Source: a virus (taxonomy: Duplodnaviria; Heunggongvirae; Uroviricota; Caudoviricetes). From it: a stretch of DNA of 64,000 bases. Positions 44,450 through 54,755 of the stretch are shown here, in pieces. Both the position numbers and the translations under genes were made by a program. Every line of letters begins with the position of its first letter. The stretch's first letter is position 1. The notes beneath the pieces were generated by a model. It did no database searches. It saw nothing but the letters and a program-made list of their open reading frames with translations, and had not been told where the DNA came from. Location: positions 1 to 64,000 of the IMG/VR virus record IMGVR_UViG_3300047409_000308. The stretch is one strand, 5' to 3'.

Positions 44450-45490
44450 TCATTGTCCTATCTTGTTGGCGAGCGAACCCAACCCTGCCCCAGCCATGCC
44501 TATCCCCGCAAGCTGGCCATATACCGAAGGTGGGGCCTGGAATGTCTGTGCGTCTGTGGTGGGGCTGACTGGCAACCCGCGCAGGATGCCGGAGAGGAAT
44601 CCAAGCTGTTGCTGCGGATAGGCTTGAGCATTCTGGAACTGGTTGTAAGCGGCATTCAACTGGTTCTGCTGCTGCGTCTGCTCCAATGCCCCAAGGGTTT
44701 GCAGATTGTTGATGCCCTGCTGCCCCATATTGGCCTGCTGCCCGCCGATGTTGGCAAGGTTTTGCCCCTGCAATCCAGCGAGGCCATAGCCGGACAATCC
44801 CAACTGCTGCGCTCCTTGTGCAAGCTGTCCCTGCTGTCCCATCGCCTGCAAGGCCGTGTTGAATCCCTGCTGTCCACCCTGCATCTGGATGTTGTTGAGG
44901 AGCGTATTCTGGTTGAACTGATCCTGCGAACCGCGCAGTTGGTCCCTGTACCCGCCCAAGGCCCCGTGGGACGCCGCCTGGGCGCTTGCCGCGTTTTGCT
45001 GCTGCCCGAATTGCACATTCGCTTGCTGCTTCGCAATGTCCGTCACCCCCTGCTGGTAAGGGTTCATCCATTGCTGCACATTCTCCGGAGAATAGATTGA
45101 GGCAAGGCCGGACGCGCTCTGTCCCAAGCCGAGTGCTCCCTGTCCAGCCTGTTGCGTTAGCCCGGCACCAGCACCCAAATTGCCTATGCCCTGCCCGGTC
45201 TGCTGTGCCTGAAGCCCAGACGCATTCGCCCCAGTATTGATGGCTTGCTGCTGCAACGGGGAAGTATTTGCAACAAGCTGGCCTGGATAGGCTGGGTACG
45301 CTCCCTGCGATACATCCTGCGCCCGGTTGAGCATCGACAAGTAATACGGCATCGCCTCAGGGGCAACATTGCTCTGCGTCACCGTCTGACTGGTTGCCGC
45401 AGGTGGAGCACTCCCCCCACCCTTGCCATTCACCGGAATTGGTGGAAGCCCCAATGCCAGGAGTCGTACCTGTTCAGGCCGCAGCAGCAT
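44450..45490 (-). CDS. Gln/Gly-rich low-complexity virion protein (346 aa)
   Basis: Extensive QQ/GQ repeats; frame maintained over 1 kb. Confidence 0.5.
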   Translation of the reverse strand: MLLRPEQVRLLALGLPPIPVNGKGGGSAPPAATSQTVTQSNVAPEAMPYYLSMLNRAQDVSQGAYPAYPGQLVANTSPLQQQAINTGANASGLQAQQTGQGIGNLGAGAGLTQQAGQGALGLGQSASGLASIYSPENVQQWMNPYQQGVTDIAKQQANVQFGQQQNAASAQAASHGALGGYRDQLRGSQDQFNQNTLLNNIQMQGGQQGFNTALQAMGQQGQLAQGAQQLGLSGYGLAGLQGQNLANIGGQQANMGQQGINNLQTLGALEQTQQQNQLNAAYNQFQNAQAYPQQQLGFLSGILRGLPVSPTTDAQTFQAPPSVYGQLAGIGMAGAGLGSLANKIGQ

Positions 45491-45917
45491 ATTTCACCTC
45501 TATTTTTCCAATCCAGCGCTCGGCTTCTTCAACGAGCAACCCGTACACCCAGCCATCGGAACCGTTCCGATACACCCGCCGGAGCAACCCTTCGCGTTTA
45601 AACCCAATGCCTTCGCAGAGCCGTATCGACGGAAGGTTCGTGCGTTCGATGATGCAGGTCACACGGCCAGCACCCACATCGCGGAACGGATAGGACAGCA
45701 ATGCCTTGATCGTCCTGCGACTGGCCCAGCGCGGGCTGTCGGCAGCGATAGCCATCTGCATGTTGTTTCCGTCGTAATCATAATAAAGACAAGCAGCAAT
45801 GATGCTTTTGCCGTTCCCAATAGCAATCCCTACATTAGGTCCAGCCGATCTCATCACCGGAACCCGTTGCAAAACCCACGGCCCACAATCCAGTCCATAC
45901 AAAATATCGAGGCTCAC
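45474..45917 (-). CDS. GNAT-family N-acetyltransferase (RimL/RimJ-like) embedded in the structural module (147 aa)
   Basis: 'VGIAIGNGKSIIAACLYYDYDGNNMQMAIAADS' and C-terminal 'NLPSIRLCEGIGFKREGLLRRVYRNGSDGWVYGLLVEE' match the typical GNAT motifs. Confidence 0.6.
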   Translation of the reverse strand: MSLDILYGLDCGPWVLQRVPVMRSAGPNVGIAIGNGKSIIAACLYYDYDGNNMQMAIAADSPRWASRRTIKALLSYPFRDVGAGRVTCIIERTNLPSIRLCEGIGFKREGLLRRVYRNGSDGWVYGLLVEEAERWIGKIEVKYAAAA

Positions 45918-46903
45918 GCTGGCAATACCTCGTCAGGATTGATATCCTGCGGCTGCTTCGGCAAACCTGCTGTCCTGTTTATACGCTGGACCATATCGTG
46001 TAATCGCTGGCTACCGGCTTTGGTTGAACCGTTACCAAGAGCAGCCACGGTACGCGCTGGTATAACGTGTTCACCTTGGCTAAGAGCAGCAGGTTGCGCA
46101 CCGTCAATAAGCGCAGAAATCCCATCACTGGTTCCTGTTCCAGGCCCATCCACCAATCCGCCACCACCACTAAAGGCAGCAGTAAGTAAGGGATCATTTG
46201 GCGATCTGATTCCGAGCTTTAATAGGGGGCTGTCCGGATTGCGTAGGTCGCGCTGCGCTGCTACCAGGGTTGGATAAGAACTGCGTATAAACGCAGTGGC
46301 CGAACGTCGCCGGGCGATCTCCTGAGCCATACCTGGAAGCGGAGCCAACCCGCCGCCAGCGAGAGAAACGATGCCGCCGCCAGCATAGCCCAGTCCCTGT
46401 AGATGCGGAGCGGAGTAGGCGTTGTACATCGCCATCGGGTCCATCAGCGTCTGACTCATCGGCCCCGGCTTAATCTGCGCAAGGCGTGACTGTAAGGCTG
46501 CATCCTGCTGCTCCTGACGCTTAGCCATTAATTGCGCCTGGGTTCTTCCGGCAAAGGTGCTGGCAAGACCAAATGCAGAAGCACCCAGCATGCCTGAGAT
46601 ATATGGGTGTTTGTCGATAAACTGACCGACAGGTTTGAATTTGTCTGCAAACTGTCCCGCCTGATCCCAAAAACCAGGTTGTGCCAAAGACGATAAACCT
46701 GCTCTCGTTGCTTCATAAGCCGGATAGGCAGAACCTGCACCGGCTGCATTGGCGGCAGCGTCAAGACCAGCATCAGCCCCTAGCGCTGAACTACCGGCAC
46801 CAAAAGCCGTTCCGGCAGTTCCAGCAAGAGATGCAGCCTCCGCAGCCGCAGCATCGGCAGCCATTACCTCGGCTAAGGTTCCTCCATAAATAAGACCTGG
46901 CAT
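45914..46903 (-). CDS. Virion-associated protein with a 'GYAGGGIVSLAGG' motif (329 aa)
   Basis: Ala/Gly-rich N-terminus; shared motif with 42661..44448. Confidence 0.5.
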   Translation of the reverse strand: MPGLIYGGTLAEVMAADAAAAEAASLAGTAGTAFGAGSSALGADAGLDAAANAAGAGSAYPAYEATRAGLSSLAQPGFWDQAGQFADKFKPVGQFIDKHPYISGMLGASAFGLASTFAGRTQAQLMAKRQEQQDAALQSRLAQIKPGPMSQTLMDPMAMYNAYSAPHLQGLGYAGGGIVSLAGGGLAPLPGMAQEIARRRSATAFIRSSYPTLVAAQRDLRNPDSPLLKLGIRSPNDPLLTAAFSGGGGLVDGPGTGTSDGISALIDGAQPAALSQGEHVIPARTVAALGNGSTKAGSQRLHDMVQRINRTAGLPKQPQDINPDEVLPA

Positions 46904-46906
46904 GAC

Positions 46907-47221
46907 TTACGCCCTCTCAATCAAGGTTTCATCGATCTTCTCCGGGTCCGTCACCTCGGAGGCATGGACACAGAACCATACAATGTCATCCAGCGCCTTG
47001 ATGATGTGACGCTGCCCGCGCACGATGATGATGATGGACCCAGGCTGGTATTCAGTCTTCTTGCCATCGACCTCGACTTCCGCCCGGCCCTTGCACAGAA
47101 AGGAAAAATGGTCATAGGTGTGAGCATGGGAGAGGATGTAACGGCCAGCAGGAACCCGTATCTCCTTGGCGTAGATGCCGGTGGCAAAGTGATGCTGTGT
47201 ATCGCCCTGTGTCATTGTCAT
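46907..47221 (-). CDS. Cupin-domain protein (104 aa)
   Basis: 'YILSHAHTYDHFSFLCKGRAEVEVDG...PGSIIIIVRGQRHIIKA' shows the cupin_2-like two-motif pattern with His residues. Confidence 0.5.
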   Translation of the reverse strand: MTMTQGDTQHHFATGIYAKEIRVPAGRYILSHAHTYDHFSFLCKGRAEVEVDGKKTEYQPGSIIIIVRGQRHIIKALDDIVWFCVHASEVTDPEKIDETLIERA

Positions 47222-47250
47222 GAACTACTCTACCACGTTAAGTTTAAACG

Positions 47251-47487
47251 CTAAATTGCCGTACCCAGGTCGGTCGTCGTCAACGTCCCGGTCGTGGATA
47301 CCGTAATCTCCCAGAAGTGGGGCGGCGTGGCGGCGTCACGGAGGATGAGTTTCTTGCTTGGGTCGATGACGATGTTCCGGCGCTGCATGTTCTCCACCCC
47401 CACCGCCCACAGTTCGAGCTTCCTGAATATCCTCTGGAAAGAACTCGCATCGTATTCATCCGGCGCAAGGTCAATTCGCAGTGGCAT
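47251..47487 (-). CDS. Hypothetical protein (78 aa)
   Basis: Internal ATG adjacent to the upstream gene's stop. Confidence 0.4.
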   Translation of the reverse strand: MPLRIDLAPDEYDASSFQRIFRKLELWAVGVENMQRRNIVIDPSKKLILRDAATPPHFWEITVSTTGTLTTTDLGTAI

Positions 47488-49388
47488 TACCGTCTCCCAT
47501 CCTCGCGTGCTTGTACACGGGTAACGCCCAACTGCCAGTTCACACCGATGCCTGTGGATTCGATCCTGAAATTCGCCTGCCGTCCGCGCAGGCGCACCCA
47601 TAGCTGGTCGGTATAACGCTCTGGATCGACCTGCGACGCCGAGGCCACGGTGGAAACAACGGGTGTACTGTAGGCCGAACCCGGCGCACGGCGCGTCTTC
47701 AAGGTCAGCGTCACCGTGGGGTCCACCACCGTCGAACCCTCGAACGACACATCAGGCAGGATGCGGTTGACGAACATCAGCTTGTCGCCATTGCCAATGT
47801 TCAGGTCAGCCGTTTCAATGAAAGACACAATGGGGGATATAGGCTCGGTGGAACCATCGTCCACCCCCCAGTCCTGCCAGTACAGGTAGCCATTTTGGTC
47901 CGTCGCCTGCGGGTTCGAGCGCAGGTGGCTGTCGATCCAGGCGGAACGGGCGAGCGTGCCGTAGGTCCACACGTCCTCCTTGAAGTTGTACGCCACCATC
48001 CGGTCGATCAGCGTGGAGTTGGCCGAGCAATAGAACCAGATGATCTCGCTAAAAGCATTGTTGTTTGCCGCATATACCTGATAGAACTGCGTCGGGTTGA
48101 TGTCCATGAACACATGCCGCCACAGGTCGCAGCGCAGGGTGTCCACCCGCCCGTTATAGAAATAGAACTTATCCCGCCCCATCCAGTAGGCAATCTCATC
48201 GCCCACCGCCACTGCGTTCGGCCCGGCAAACGAAATGTTGCGCGACAGGAAGGTGAACCCGAACGTATCTGGAGGCCCCAGGAATTGCATCGAATACACC
48301 GATGAATCCGTCCACACCAGCACCTCGGCCTTCATCTTGCGCGAAGTCAGGATCGTGCTTCCGGTGGACAGCCGGTATCCACCGGCGGTATTGGTGATCG
48401 TGGGCGTCCAATCAGCCAGGCTTTCCTGCGTGGCCCAGCGGATGAATAACGGGTCCTGGATCGCAGTGCCAAGCTCATTCGTCCCAAAAGCAACGAGGTG
48501 CCTGTCCTCGGTGAACAGGATCGACGATGCCACCGTGGGCACATCGCTTGCCCCGGCAATCGTGGTCAGGTTGATCGCCCGCGTTCCCACACCGCTGGAA
48601 GCGTCCCAGTAAAAGATCGGCCCGTTCAGCAGGTTGAATACCAAATCCTCGCCGAAATTGTCCTGGCTCCATAACCGAAGCTGCTGCGTAATTCCAATGC
48701 CCATGGTGGAACCCGGTACGGTAATCGATGACCCCCATGTCCCGCGCCCCCAGGTGCCCGTGCCCCAACCCACTCCGGCTGTGGCAAATAACAATCCCAC
48801 GTTCACCTGATACGCCGCCACCACCGCGATTCCACCGCCCGACGAGGTGGCATTCGGCGTGGCTCCGACAACGATGGAATACGAGTTCGCATCGATAACC
48901 GTGATCTCGAATTCCTGGTTTAAATCCCCTGCGGTGAGGCCGTTGAACCCGGTCGCTCCGGAGAAGGTGACGAAATCCCCATTCGCTGCGCCATGCCCGA
49001 CATGGATGACAATCACCGTTGTCGAACCGGAAGTCGTCGAAAACGGATCGGCTCCAATCGTCATGGGGGGAAGGCGCAGCGGGGTTATGTCATTCAGCGT
49101 CCCGCCTTCTTCGAGGTAATACTTCACATTGGTCCCGATGGCGAGCAGGTTCAAACCCGCCAGCGTCAGCCAGCCGAACAACGCCCTGGCTACACCGAGG
49201 AACTGCACCGAGTTGCACCGCACCCAACCACCTATCTTCTGCGGCTGTCCGGACTTGAAGCGCACCATGTCACAGGCATAGAAATGACCGGATTCAGTGA
49301 ATCTGCTTCCCTCCTGGTTCACGCCTGGCTTCAAAGCAAGTGGAATGAGTGGCATGGTCAGATCAATACTCAATCCATTTCGCGCCAC
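47487..49388 (-). CDS. Tail fibre / tail-associated protein (633 aa). GTG start at 49388; alternative ATG at 49355.
   Basis: Thr/Ser/Gly-rich beta-strand composition; 'GTGTWGRGTWG' repeats. Confidence 0.55.
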   Translation of the reverse strand: MARNGLSIDLTMPLIPLALKPGVNQEGSRFTESGHFYACDMVRFKSGQPQKIGGWVRCNSVQFLGVARALFGWLTLAGLNLLAIGTNVKYYLEEGGTLNDITPLRLPPMTIGADPFSTTSGSTTVIVIHVGHGAANGDFVTFSGATGFNGLTAGDLNQEFEITVIDANSYSIVVGATPNATSSGGGIAVVAAYQVNVGLLFATAGVGWGTGTWGRGTWGSSITVPGSTMGIGITQQLRLWSQDNFGEDLVFNLLNGPIFYWDASSGVGTRAINLTTIAGASDVPTVASSILFTEDRHLVAFGTNELGTAIQDPLFIRWATQESLADWTPTITNTAGGYRLSTGSTILTSRKMKAEVLVWTDSSVYSMQFLGPPDTFGFTFLSRNISFAGPNAVAVGDEIAYWMGRDKFYFYNGRVDTLRCDLWRHVFMDINPTQFYQVYAANNNAFSEIIWFYCSANSTLIDRMVAYNFKEDVWTYGTLARSAWIDSHLRSNPQATDQNGYLYWQDWGVDDGSTEPISPIVSFIETADLNIGNGDKLMFVNRILPDVSFEGSTVVDPTVTLTLKTRRAPGSAYSTPVVSTVASASQVDPERYTDQLWVRLRGRQANFRIESTGIGVNWQLGVTRVQAREDGRR

Positions 49389-51711
49389 TGTAGATCAACT
49401 TGAACACAGCGTTGGCCGCAAGCAACTTATTCGCTCCACTCGTGGTCTGGATATTGGCATTGTTCGTCAGCGTCGTGTTGGCATTGGTCGTCAGCAGGTA
49501 GATGACCTGACCGGCACGCGGATTGAGAAAGTTAGTGATTGCGGTCACGCCGCTGTTCGTGACCGTGAAGCAGTTTCCGTACTTCACATCAGGCGTTGCG
49601 GATAGATCAGGGAATAGCTGAAATGGCGAGAGCGCAAGCGGCCCGTACAACTGCGCGACCTTGTCAGTCAGCGGTCGCGGTTCCTCCTTTGTCAAGTCCA
49701 CACCAATGAAGCACGTAGGTTCCGAAAACCACACATCGCCGGTCTTGTTCAGCCCGTCCGTGTCGGAGCGCAGCATGATCTCTATCGTTGTGGTTCCTGC
49801 TGGAATCAACGCCATCGCAGTCAGCAATTCCCAATTGCCGCTGCCGCTGTGGACGCAGTTGCCGAAGGTATTGATCTTCAAATTGCCCAATCCCGCCACG
49901 GCGCTCTTGCACCACACGGAGGCAACAAGTGTGCGCTTTTCCAGGTTCGCAGCCGAGACCTGGTTTGGCGAACGATTTGCGCCGGTAGGAGATGCGATAG
50001 AAAACGCCAGATTCGAGCGTGATGCTGCGAGCGTACATTTGACCGAGAACGCAGCGCCACGCACGGTCGCGGCATCTTGTGACCAAGCCCCGCTATTCAC
50101 ATGCCAATTCGTCGGGCATGAGTTGGCAGCGTCCCAGGACTGGAAGTGAGAGTTAGCTATAAGATTCTGGCGCGACTTGTTCGACTGCGGGAACTGCAAG
50201 TTGAACCCGACCGGGCCGAATTCTACGTTGTTCCCCCATCCCTCGTCCAAGATCATTGAATTGATGTTTGCAAAGTTCTTCGTGAGGTGTACACCAGTGA
50301 TCGAGCAGGAGAACGAATTGGCGTCGAACCAGTACAGCTTTGCCGGTGATCCAGTCTCGTAGTAAGGCTCATGCACATTGATGTTTATGCCGCCAATCTT
50401 GTATGCTGCGGTGCCCACGGCAATTGTCTCGATCGGATCGCAGTCGCCTTTATAGAGCGTATTGGCGGTGCCGTTGAGCACATAGGGGATATCGAACCTG
50501 CCATTGACGGTGATGTTGCGTCCGCTGTTCGCGTTGGACGACGGGAAGCCGCCATCGTTAAAGTACCCGACCAACGCGTTGACGCCAGCGGCGGTCGTGT
50601 TCCGTATGTAAATGTTGTCAATCTTGGCGTAGTAGCAACCGCCTGCGACAACTCCGGTCGGGGAAGGATAGATCGTTGCGAGGGAACCCGTTCCAACACG
50701 GAACGAAACCTGATCGAAGTTTTCAACATATATAGACTCGACCACGGGATGCGTTCCAAGTACGCATACCCCGCTTTGGTTCGCGGCATAGCTTTTAAGC
50801 AAGAACCGCCTGAACTCTTGCCCGCGCCATGTGTTCAGCGTCATCGCATAGCCAACGCCGTAATAGCTGAATTCGACGCCTCCAAACTCCGGATGCGCAG
50901 TATCCCCAACACATTCGGCCTCGATGCCAACGTTGAAGAAATCAAGCCTGGTTGAATATTTGTACCGCCCTGCTGGGACTCGCAGCGTTCTACCTGGGTT
51001 GGCCGCGATTGCAGCCTGCCACCCAGCCGTTACATCGCGTGTTGCGGTGCGAGCTTGGATGTCCGCAATATCGGCAGCGCTCATGTACTGAAACACACTG
51101 ACCCACTGGCGCGCATTCGATTGCAACTCGGTCTGCACCGCCCCGACTCCGGCTTGCAGGAAGCTGACGAGGGCAGAGCCGTTTGGACCGGATATATCTC
51201 CACCCGTTCCGCCGTTAGCTGCTGGTAAAAGCCCCCCGGTTCCACCGTTGGCTACCGGCAAAACACCTGACACAGAAGTTGCAAGGTTGACAGCGGGAAA
51301 AACACCAATATCGACGGCATTGACGACATTGGTTCCATCGCAAAACAAAATCATGATGCCGCCATTCGGCACGGCTACTCCGGTTCCAGCCGCCGTCTTC
51401 AGCGTAAGCGCAAATCCGCCGGTCGTGGCATTGCGAATGACATATAGTTTCGATGAAGTTGGACAAATGACATTGCGCGGCGCGGTCAGCACCCCGCTCA
51501 CATCAAGGATCATCTGCCGCGCTTCGTCAGCAGCACCGTTAGCCACTGTCAGCACATAATTGGCCGCATCCGGATGGATGACAGCAGCCCGGCCAGCGAT
51601 GGCTTGTTCGAGTAAGACCCAGTTGGAGGTAGCGATATTTCCCCAGGTAAAATTCTGCTCGCCAGGAACCATCTCCACGGTACGGGTAAGCGGCGAATAG
51701 CTGCTCGGCAT
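49363..51711 (-). CDS. Tail fibre or tailspike with parallel beta-helix-like region (782 aa)
   Basis: GGGAG RBS before the ATG at 51711; 'ANGGTGGLLPAANGGTGGDISG' repeat; Asn/Gly/Thr-rich. Confidence 0.6.
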   Translation of the reverse strand: MPSSYSPLTRTVEMVPGEQNFTWGNIATSNWVLLEQAIAGRAAVIHPDAANYVLTVANGAADEARQMILDVSGVLTAPRNVICPTSSKLYVIRNATTGGFALTLKTAAGTGVAVPNGGIMILFCDGTNVVNAVDIGVFPAVNLATSVSGVLPVANGGTGGLLPAANGGTGGDISGPNGSALVSFLQAGVGAVQTELQSNARQWVSVFQYMSAADIADIQARTATRDVTAGWQAAIAANPGRTLRVPAGRYKYSTRLDFFNVGIEAECVGDTAHPEFGGVEFSYYGVGYAMTLNTWRGQEFRRFLLKSYAANQSGVCVLGTHPVVESIYVENFDQVSFRVGTGSLATIYPSPTGVVAGGCYYAKIDNIYIRNTTAAGVNALVGYFNDGGFPSSNANSGRNITVNGRFDIPYVLNGTANTLYKGDCDPIETIAVGTAAYKIGGININVHEPYYETGSPAKLYWFDANSFSCSITGVHLTKNFANINSMILDEGWGNNVEFGPVGFNLQFPQSNKSRQNLIANSHFQSWDAANSCPTNWHVNSGAWSQDAATVRGAAFSVKCTLAASRSNLAFSIASPTGANRSPNQVSAANLEKRTLVASVWCKSAVAGLGNLKINTFGNCVHSGSGNWELLTAMALIPAGTTTIEIMLRSDTDGLNKTGDVWFSEPTCFIGVDLTKEEPRPLTDKVAQLYGPLALSPFQLFPDLSATPDVKYGNCFTVTNSGVTAITNFLNPRAGQVIYLLTTNANTTLTNNANIQTTSGANKLLAANAVFKLIYSGAKWIEY

Positions 51712-51712
51712 A

Positions 51713-52141
51713 TCAACTCCCGGTAATTCTAACAATAGCCGTCAGCGCACCTGCTGGCGGGAACGTCACAAGGAAGGAAGTCTGCGCCGTCTTGTCCAAC
51801 CCGAAGTCGAGCACCGACACCGCACGGTTTGCCTTGGACGAATTGTAGATAAGGCCGTAGCGAATGCCTGAGCCAGTCAGACTGAAAGTAACATCCTCGA
51901 AATCGCAATAGGCTGTGACGCCTGATGTAGCGGGGGCAATATTTGTCAGCGCCAGTCCGCCAGCGGTGTAGCCCGGCAGAGTGATCTCACCCGTCGTTGA
52001 GTAGGCTGTCGTGGAGGAATTTAGCGTGGCGGAGGAGGTGAACAACGCGAGCTTGAGTACATCACCACCAACGTCGATGACATGTAGTCCCAGGAATAAT
52101 TCCCGCAAAAAGCTGACAGGGGTGCATTGCGTCGATGCCAT
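51713..52141 (-). CDS. Hypothetical tail protein (142 aa)
   Basis: Stop 1 nt from the next gene's start. Confidence 0.45.
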   Translation of the reverse strand: MASTQCTPVSFLRELFLGLHVIDVGGDVLKLALFTSSATLNSSTTAYSTTGEITLPGYTAGGLALTNIAPATSGVTAYCDFEDVTFSLTGSGIRYGLIYNSSKANRAVSVLDFGLDKTAQTSFLVTFPPAGALTAIVRITGS

Positions 52142-52142
52142 T

Positions 52143-52775
52143 TCACTTCACCACGTTCTTGACCTGAGCCGTAAAGTAAGAATCCTGCCGGTCCATGCCG
52201 TCTCCCACTTTTTTAAGCAATGATAGATTCTGCTTGAACAAGCTGTCATACAAATCAACGGTTTCCTTCTCCAGCTTCAAAAAACTGGCCGCATACACCA
52301 GCGAACCGTACAGGAGCACGGAATCCCAATGATCGCCCAGCCATGACGTGCCTGCCGTGACAATGGATACCGGCAACCGGAAGTAATGCACCTCGGTTGG
52401 GTACACCGCATCCGGCGTCGGGCCGAGAATGAACTGGGTGTCGTCATAGATGGCATAGTATTTCGGCTGCCCCACCGTCACCGCATCCGGGTAGGCTTCC
52501 TGCATCCACTCCACGTCCTTGAAAAAAAGCCAGCGAGTCACGCCCCCATTCAGGATACCCAGTGAACCAGGGGCCAGGAAGCCCGTGGGAACGGCCAGGA
52601 AGCGATTGGCAGCCACGGTCGATGGGGTAGCCACACCTTGCGTAGCGGGCAGTTGTACGCTCGTATAGATAGTCTGCTCGGCCTGCTGGATGAAGGACGG
52701 AATGTTGGCGACGAACGCAGGCTCATCGCTTTCGGTCGTGGAAATAATCGCAGCAGTGAGTTCCGGAAGGGTCAT
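52143..52775 (-). CDS. Hypothetical structural protein (210 aa)
   Basis: ATG at 52775 overlaps the upstream stop; in frame with track ORF 52143..52841. Confidence 0.5.
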   Translation of the reverse strand: MTLPELTAAIISTTESDEPAFVANIPSFIQQAEQTIYTSVQLPATQGVATPSTVAANRFLAVPTGFLAPGSLGILNGGVTRWLFFKDVEWMQEAYPDAVTVGQPKYYAIYDDTQFILGPTPDAVYPTEVHYFRLPVSIVTAGTSWLGDHWDSVLLYGSLVYAASFLKLEKETVDLYDSLFKQNLSLLKKVGDGMDRQDSYFTAQVKNVVK

Positions 52776-53083
52776 CACATCACCACGATTTTGACTGTGC
52801 CAACCGCAGCCACGGCAAGATTGCCAAGCACCGGGTCCCAACCGAACAAACCACGCTCAGTCAGCAAGTCCGGACGCGCATGCTCCAGCGCCTGCGGGTC
52901 GAAGATCGGATACTTACCGACGAGGTACTGAGGATGGTCTGCATTCCAACAATCTGCACACACCCGCAGCCCGGTATCCTTCAGGTTGACGATGAGCCGC
53001 CGCAATTCCTTGTATGGGACCGTCTGGGCGCACACATCGCAATTTCCGAGACTCTCCCGCCCGGAGGCGTAAGGGATGCTCAT
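52775..53083 (-). CDS. Hypothetical Cys-containing protein (102 aa)
   Basis: 'CDVC...CADCWNADHP'. Confidence 0.4.
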   Translation of the reverse strand: MSIPYASGRESLGNCDVCAQTVPYKELRRLIVNLKDTGLRVCADCWNADHPQYLVGKYPIFDPQALEHARPDLLTERGLFGWDPVLGNLAVAAVGTVKIVVM

Positions 53084-53817
53084 AGCGGAATATTCCTCGG
53101 CACCCAGCGCGTCGGCGCACGCTCGCGGTCCTCCCCTGCGGCAAGGTTATAGGCGTCATCCGCATTCTGCTTCAGCCACGGCACCCGCTGCTCCAGCCCT
53201 GGCTTCCTGATGACGATCTGGTAAGCAAGCCCTGCCACCAAGGCGGGGATGAAGCGCACCGGCATGTCGAGCGTGTTATCGGGGGAGCCCGCATCCTGCA
53301 CCCGGCGCATGTAGTAGTAGTAGAGGGAATAGCTGTCCCGGTCTGGAACCGGCCATAGCGTCACCGTGGGTGCGATTAAACGGTTCACCAGAAACTGCAC
53401 CGGACGGCCCTGCGTCAACTTATTCGGCAGTGTCGAATACACCGGAAAGGAGATGCGCTGTATGGCAAGATCGGACTGCGTTGCCGGATCGCCCGGATTC
53501 TGGCGGATGGCAGCATCCATGATGTCCACGATGTCCAGCGGCAAGGCGTAAGTGGCAACCCCTGGGAGCAAGGCGAGCGTAGTGGAGGTGATGGTCCAGA
53601 GATTCACTCCCAAATTTCCCCATTGCTGGAGCAGCGAGTTCAGCGCAAACCGTGCCATCCGGTAGTCATATCCGGTGCGTAGCTCCGCCCCAGCCATGCT
53701 GGATGCATCTTCCAAAATATCACTGATTTCAGGGTTAAACGCCACCGTGCCTGAAGTCGGACTTGACGCACCCACTTGAACCAAGGCGATCGGCGTACCT
53801 GTCCCTATACCGCTCAT
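53080..53817 (-). CDS. Hypothetical structural protein (245 aa)
   Basis: Long ORF in the late-operon chain. Confidence 0.5.
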   Translation of the reverse strand: MSGIGTGTPIALVQVGASSPTSGTVAFNPEISDILEDASSMAGAELRTGYDYRMARFALNSLLQQWGNLGVNLWTITSTTLALLPGVATYALPLDIVDIMDAAIRQNPGDPATQSDLAIQRISFPVYSTLPNKLTQGRPVQFLVNRLIAPTVTLWPVPDRDSYSLYYYYMRRVQDAGSPDNTLDMPVRFIPALVAGLAYQIVIRKPGLEQRVPWLKQNADDAYNLAAGEDRERAPTRWVPRNIPL

Positions 53818-54755
53818 GACACTTGTTCCGCAGTTGGATTTGTGAAGTTAAAACCGGACTTCTGGCACCAGACATACACTTGCCCGGCATCAAGGAAAAA
53901 TCGCGCTACACCAGATTGGTTCGTCCGACCGGAAGCAACAACATTCATTCCGGCAATATCCGTGGACACCCAAATGTCCGCATCGGCAAGCGGCAGTCCC
54001 GTAGCGGAATTGTTCAAGGTATAAGTCCAGAAAATAGCACCTGCTCCAGCCACTGCCACAGTGCCAAACTTTTGCCCGGCAGTACCAGGAGCATAAGCGC
54101 CAGGAACAATCGTACTCCATGGATCACCCGCTGCACTCGCCCCGAACAATCCTGCCCCTGCCGAACCTGCAACCACATGTCCTGCAAGCGCCTCATCCCA
54201 CACAGCGTCGGCAACAATTGTTGCGCTTGGTGGCGTTGGTGCAGGTGGTATCGTTCCCAAAGCTGTCGCCAGTTCAGCATTGGTCGGCAGATCGTCCACG
54301 CTCGCCTGTGTTGCTGCGGTTTTAGCTGCGTCATAAGCCCCAGTCAGTGTCATCGCGCTACCTATCGCGGCAGGACTGGCAGGAAGGGTGTCGGTCTTCG
54401 CCTTGATCGCCACGTTGTCGCCTGTGCCGCCTGCTTTGACGATTGCAAAGCTGTCGCCGGTCTGCGTAACGTCAGTACTCGGGTCAGTGTTTGTCGCCAG
54501 CACGTTGATGGCAACCGGAATTGCCCCAGTCGCCGTGAAAAAGAATCCGAGATCATTGCCGTTCGTGTCGGCTTGAGCAAGCGCGCACTTGTAGAATCCT
54601 AACCCCGTATCCTCGGTGATAGCTCCACCGCCTGCGGCAAAGGTCCCGTCGATGCACCTTCGGTATGCGAACGTCGCACCAGTCAGCGCAGCGCCAGTGC
54701 TCGCGCTGATACCTGCAAAGTGTAAAACCTGGCCTGAGACATTTTTTCGCAGCAT
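53814..54755 (-). CDS. Ala/Gly/Thr-rich fibre-like protein (313 aa)
   Basis: Composition and context. Confidence 0.5.
   Translation of the reverse strand: MLRKNVSGQVLHFAGISASTGAALTGATFAYRRCIDGTFAAGGGAITEDTGLGFYKCALAQADTNGNDLGFFFTATGAIPVAINVLATNTDPSTDVTQTGDSFAIVKAGGTGDNVAIKAKTDTLPASPAAIGSAMTLTGAYDAAKTAATQASVDDLPTNAELATALGTIPPAPTPPSATIVADAVWDEALAGHVVAGSAGAGLFGASAAGDPWSTIVPGAYAPGTAGQKFGTVAVAGAGAIFWTYTLNNSATGLPLADADIWVSTDIAGMNVVASGRTNQSGVARFFLDAGQVYVWCQKSGFNFTNPTAEQVS

Noticed and set aside
44436-45071. Alternative-frame ORFs (211 aa and 126 aa) within the Gln/Gly-rich gene
   Set aside because: Low-complexity repeat DNA yields ORFs in several frames. The frame producing the QQ/GQ periodicity and continuity with its neighbours was kept.
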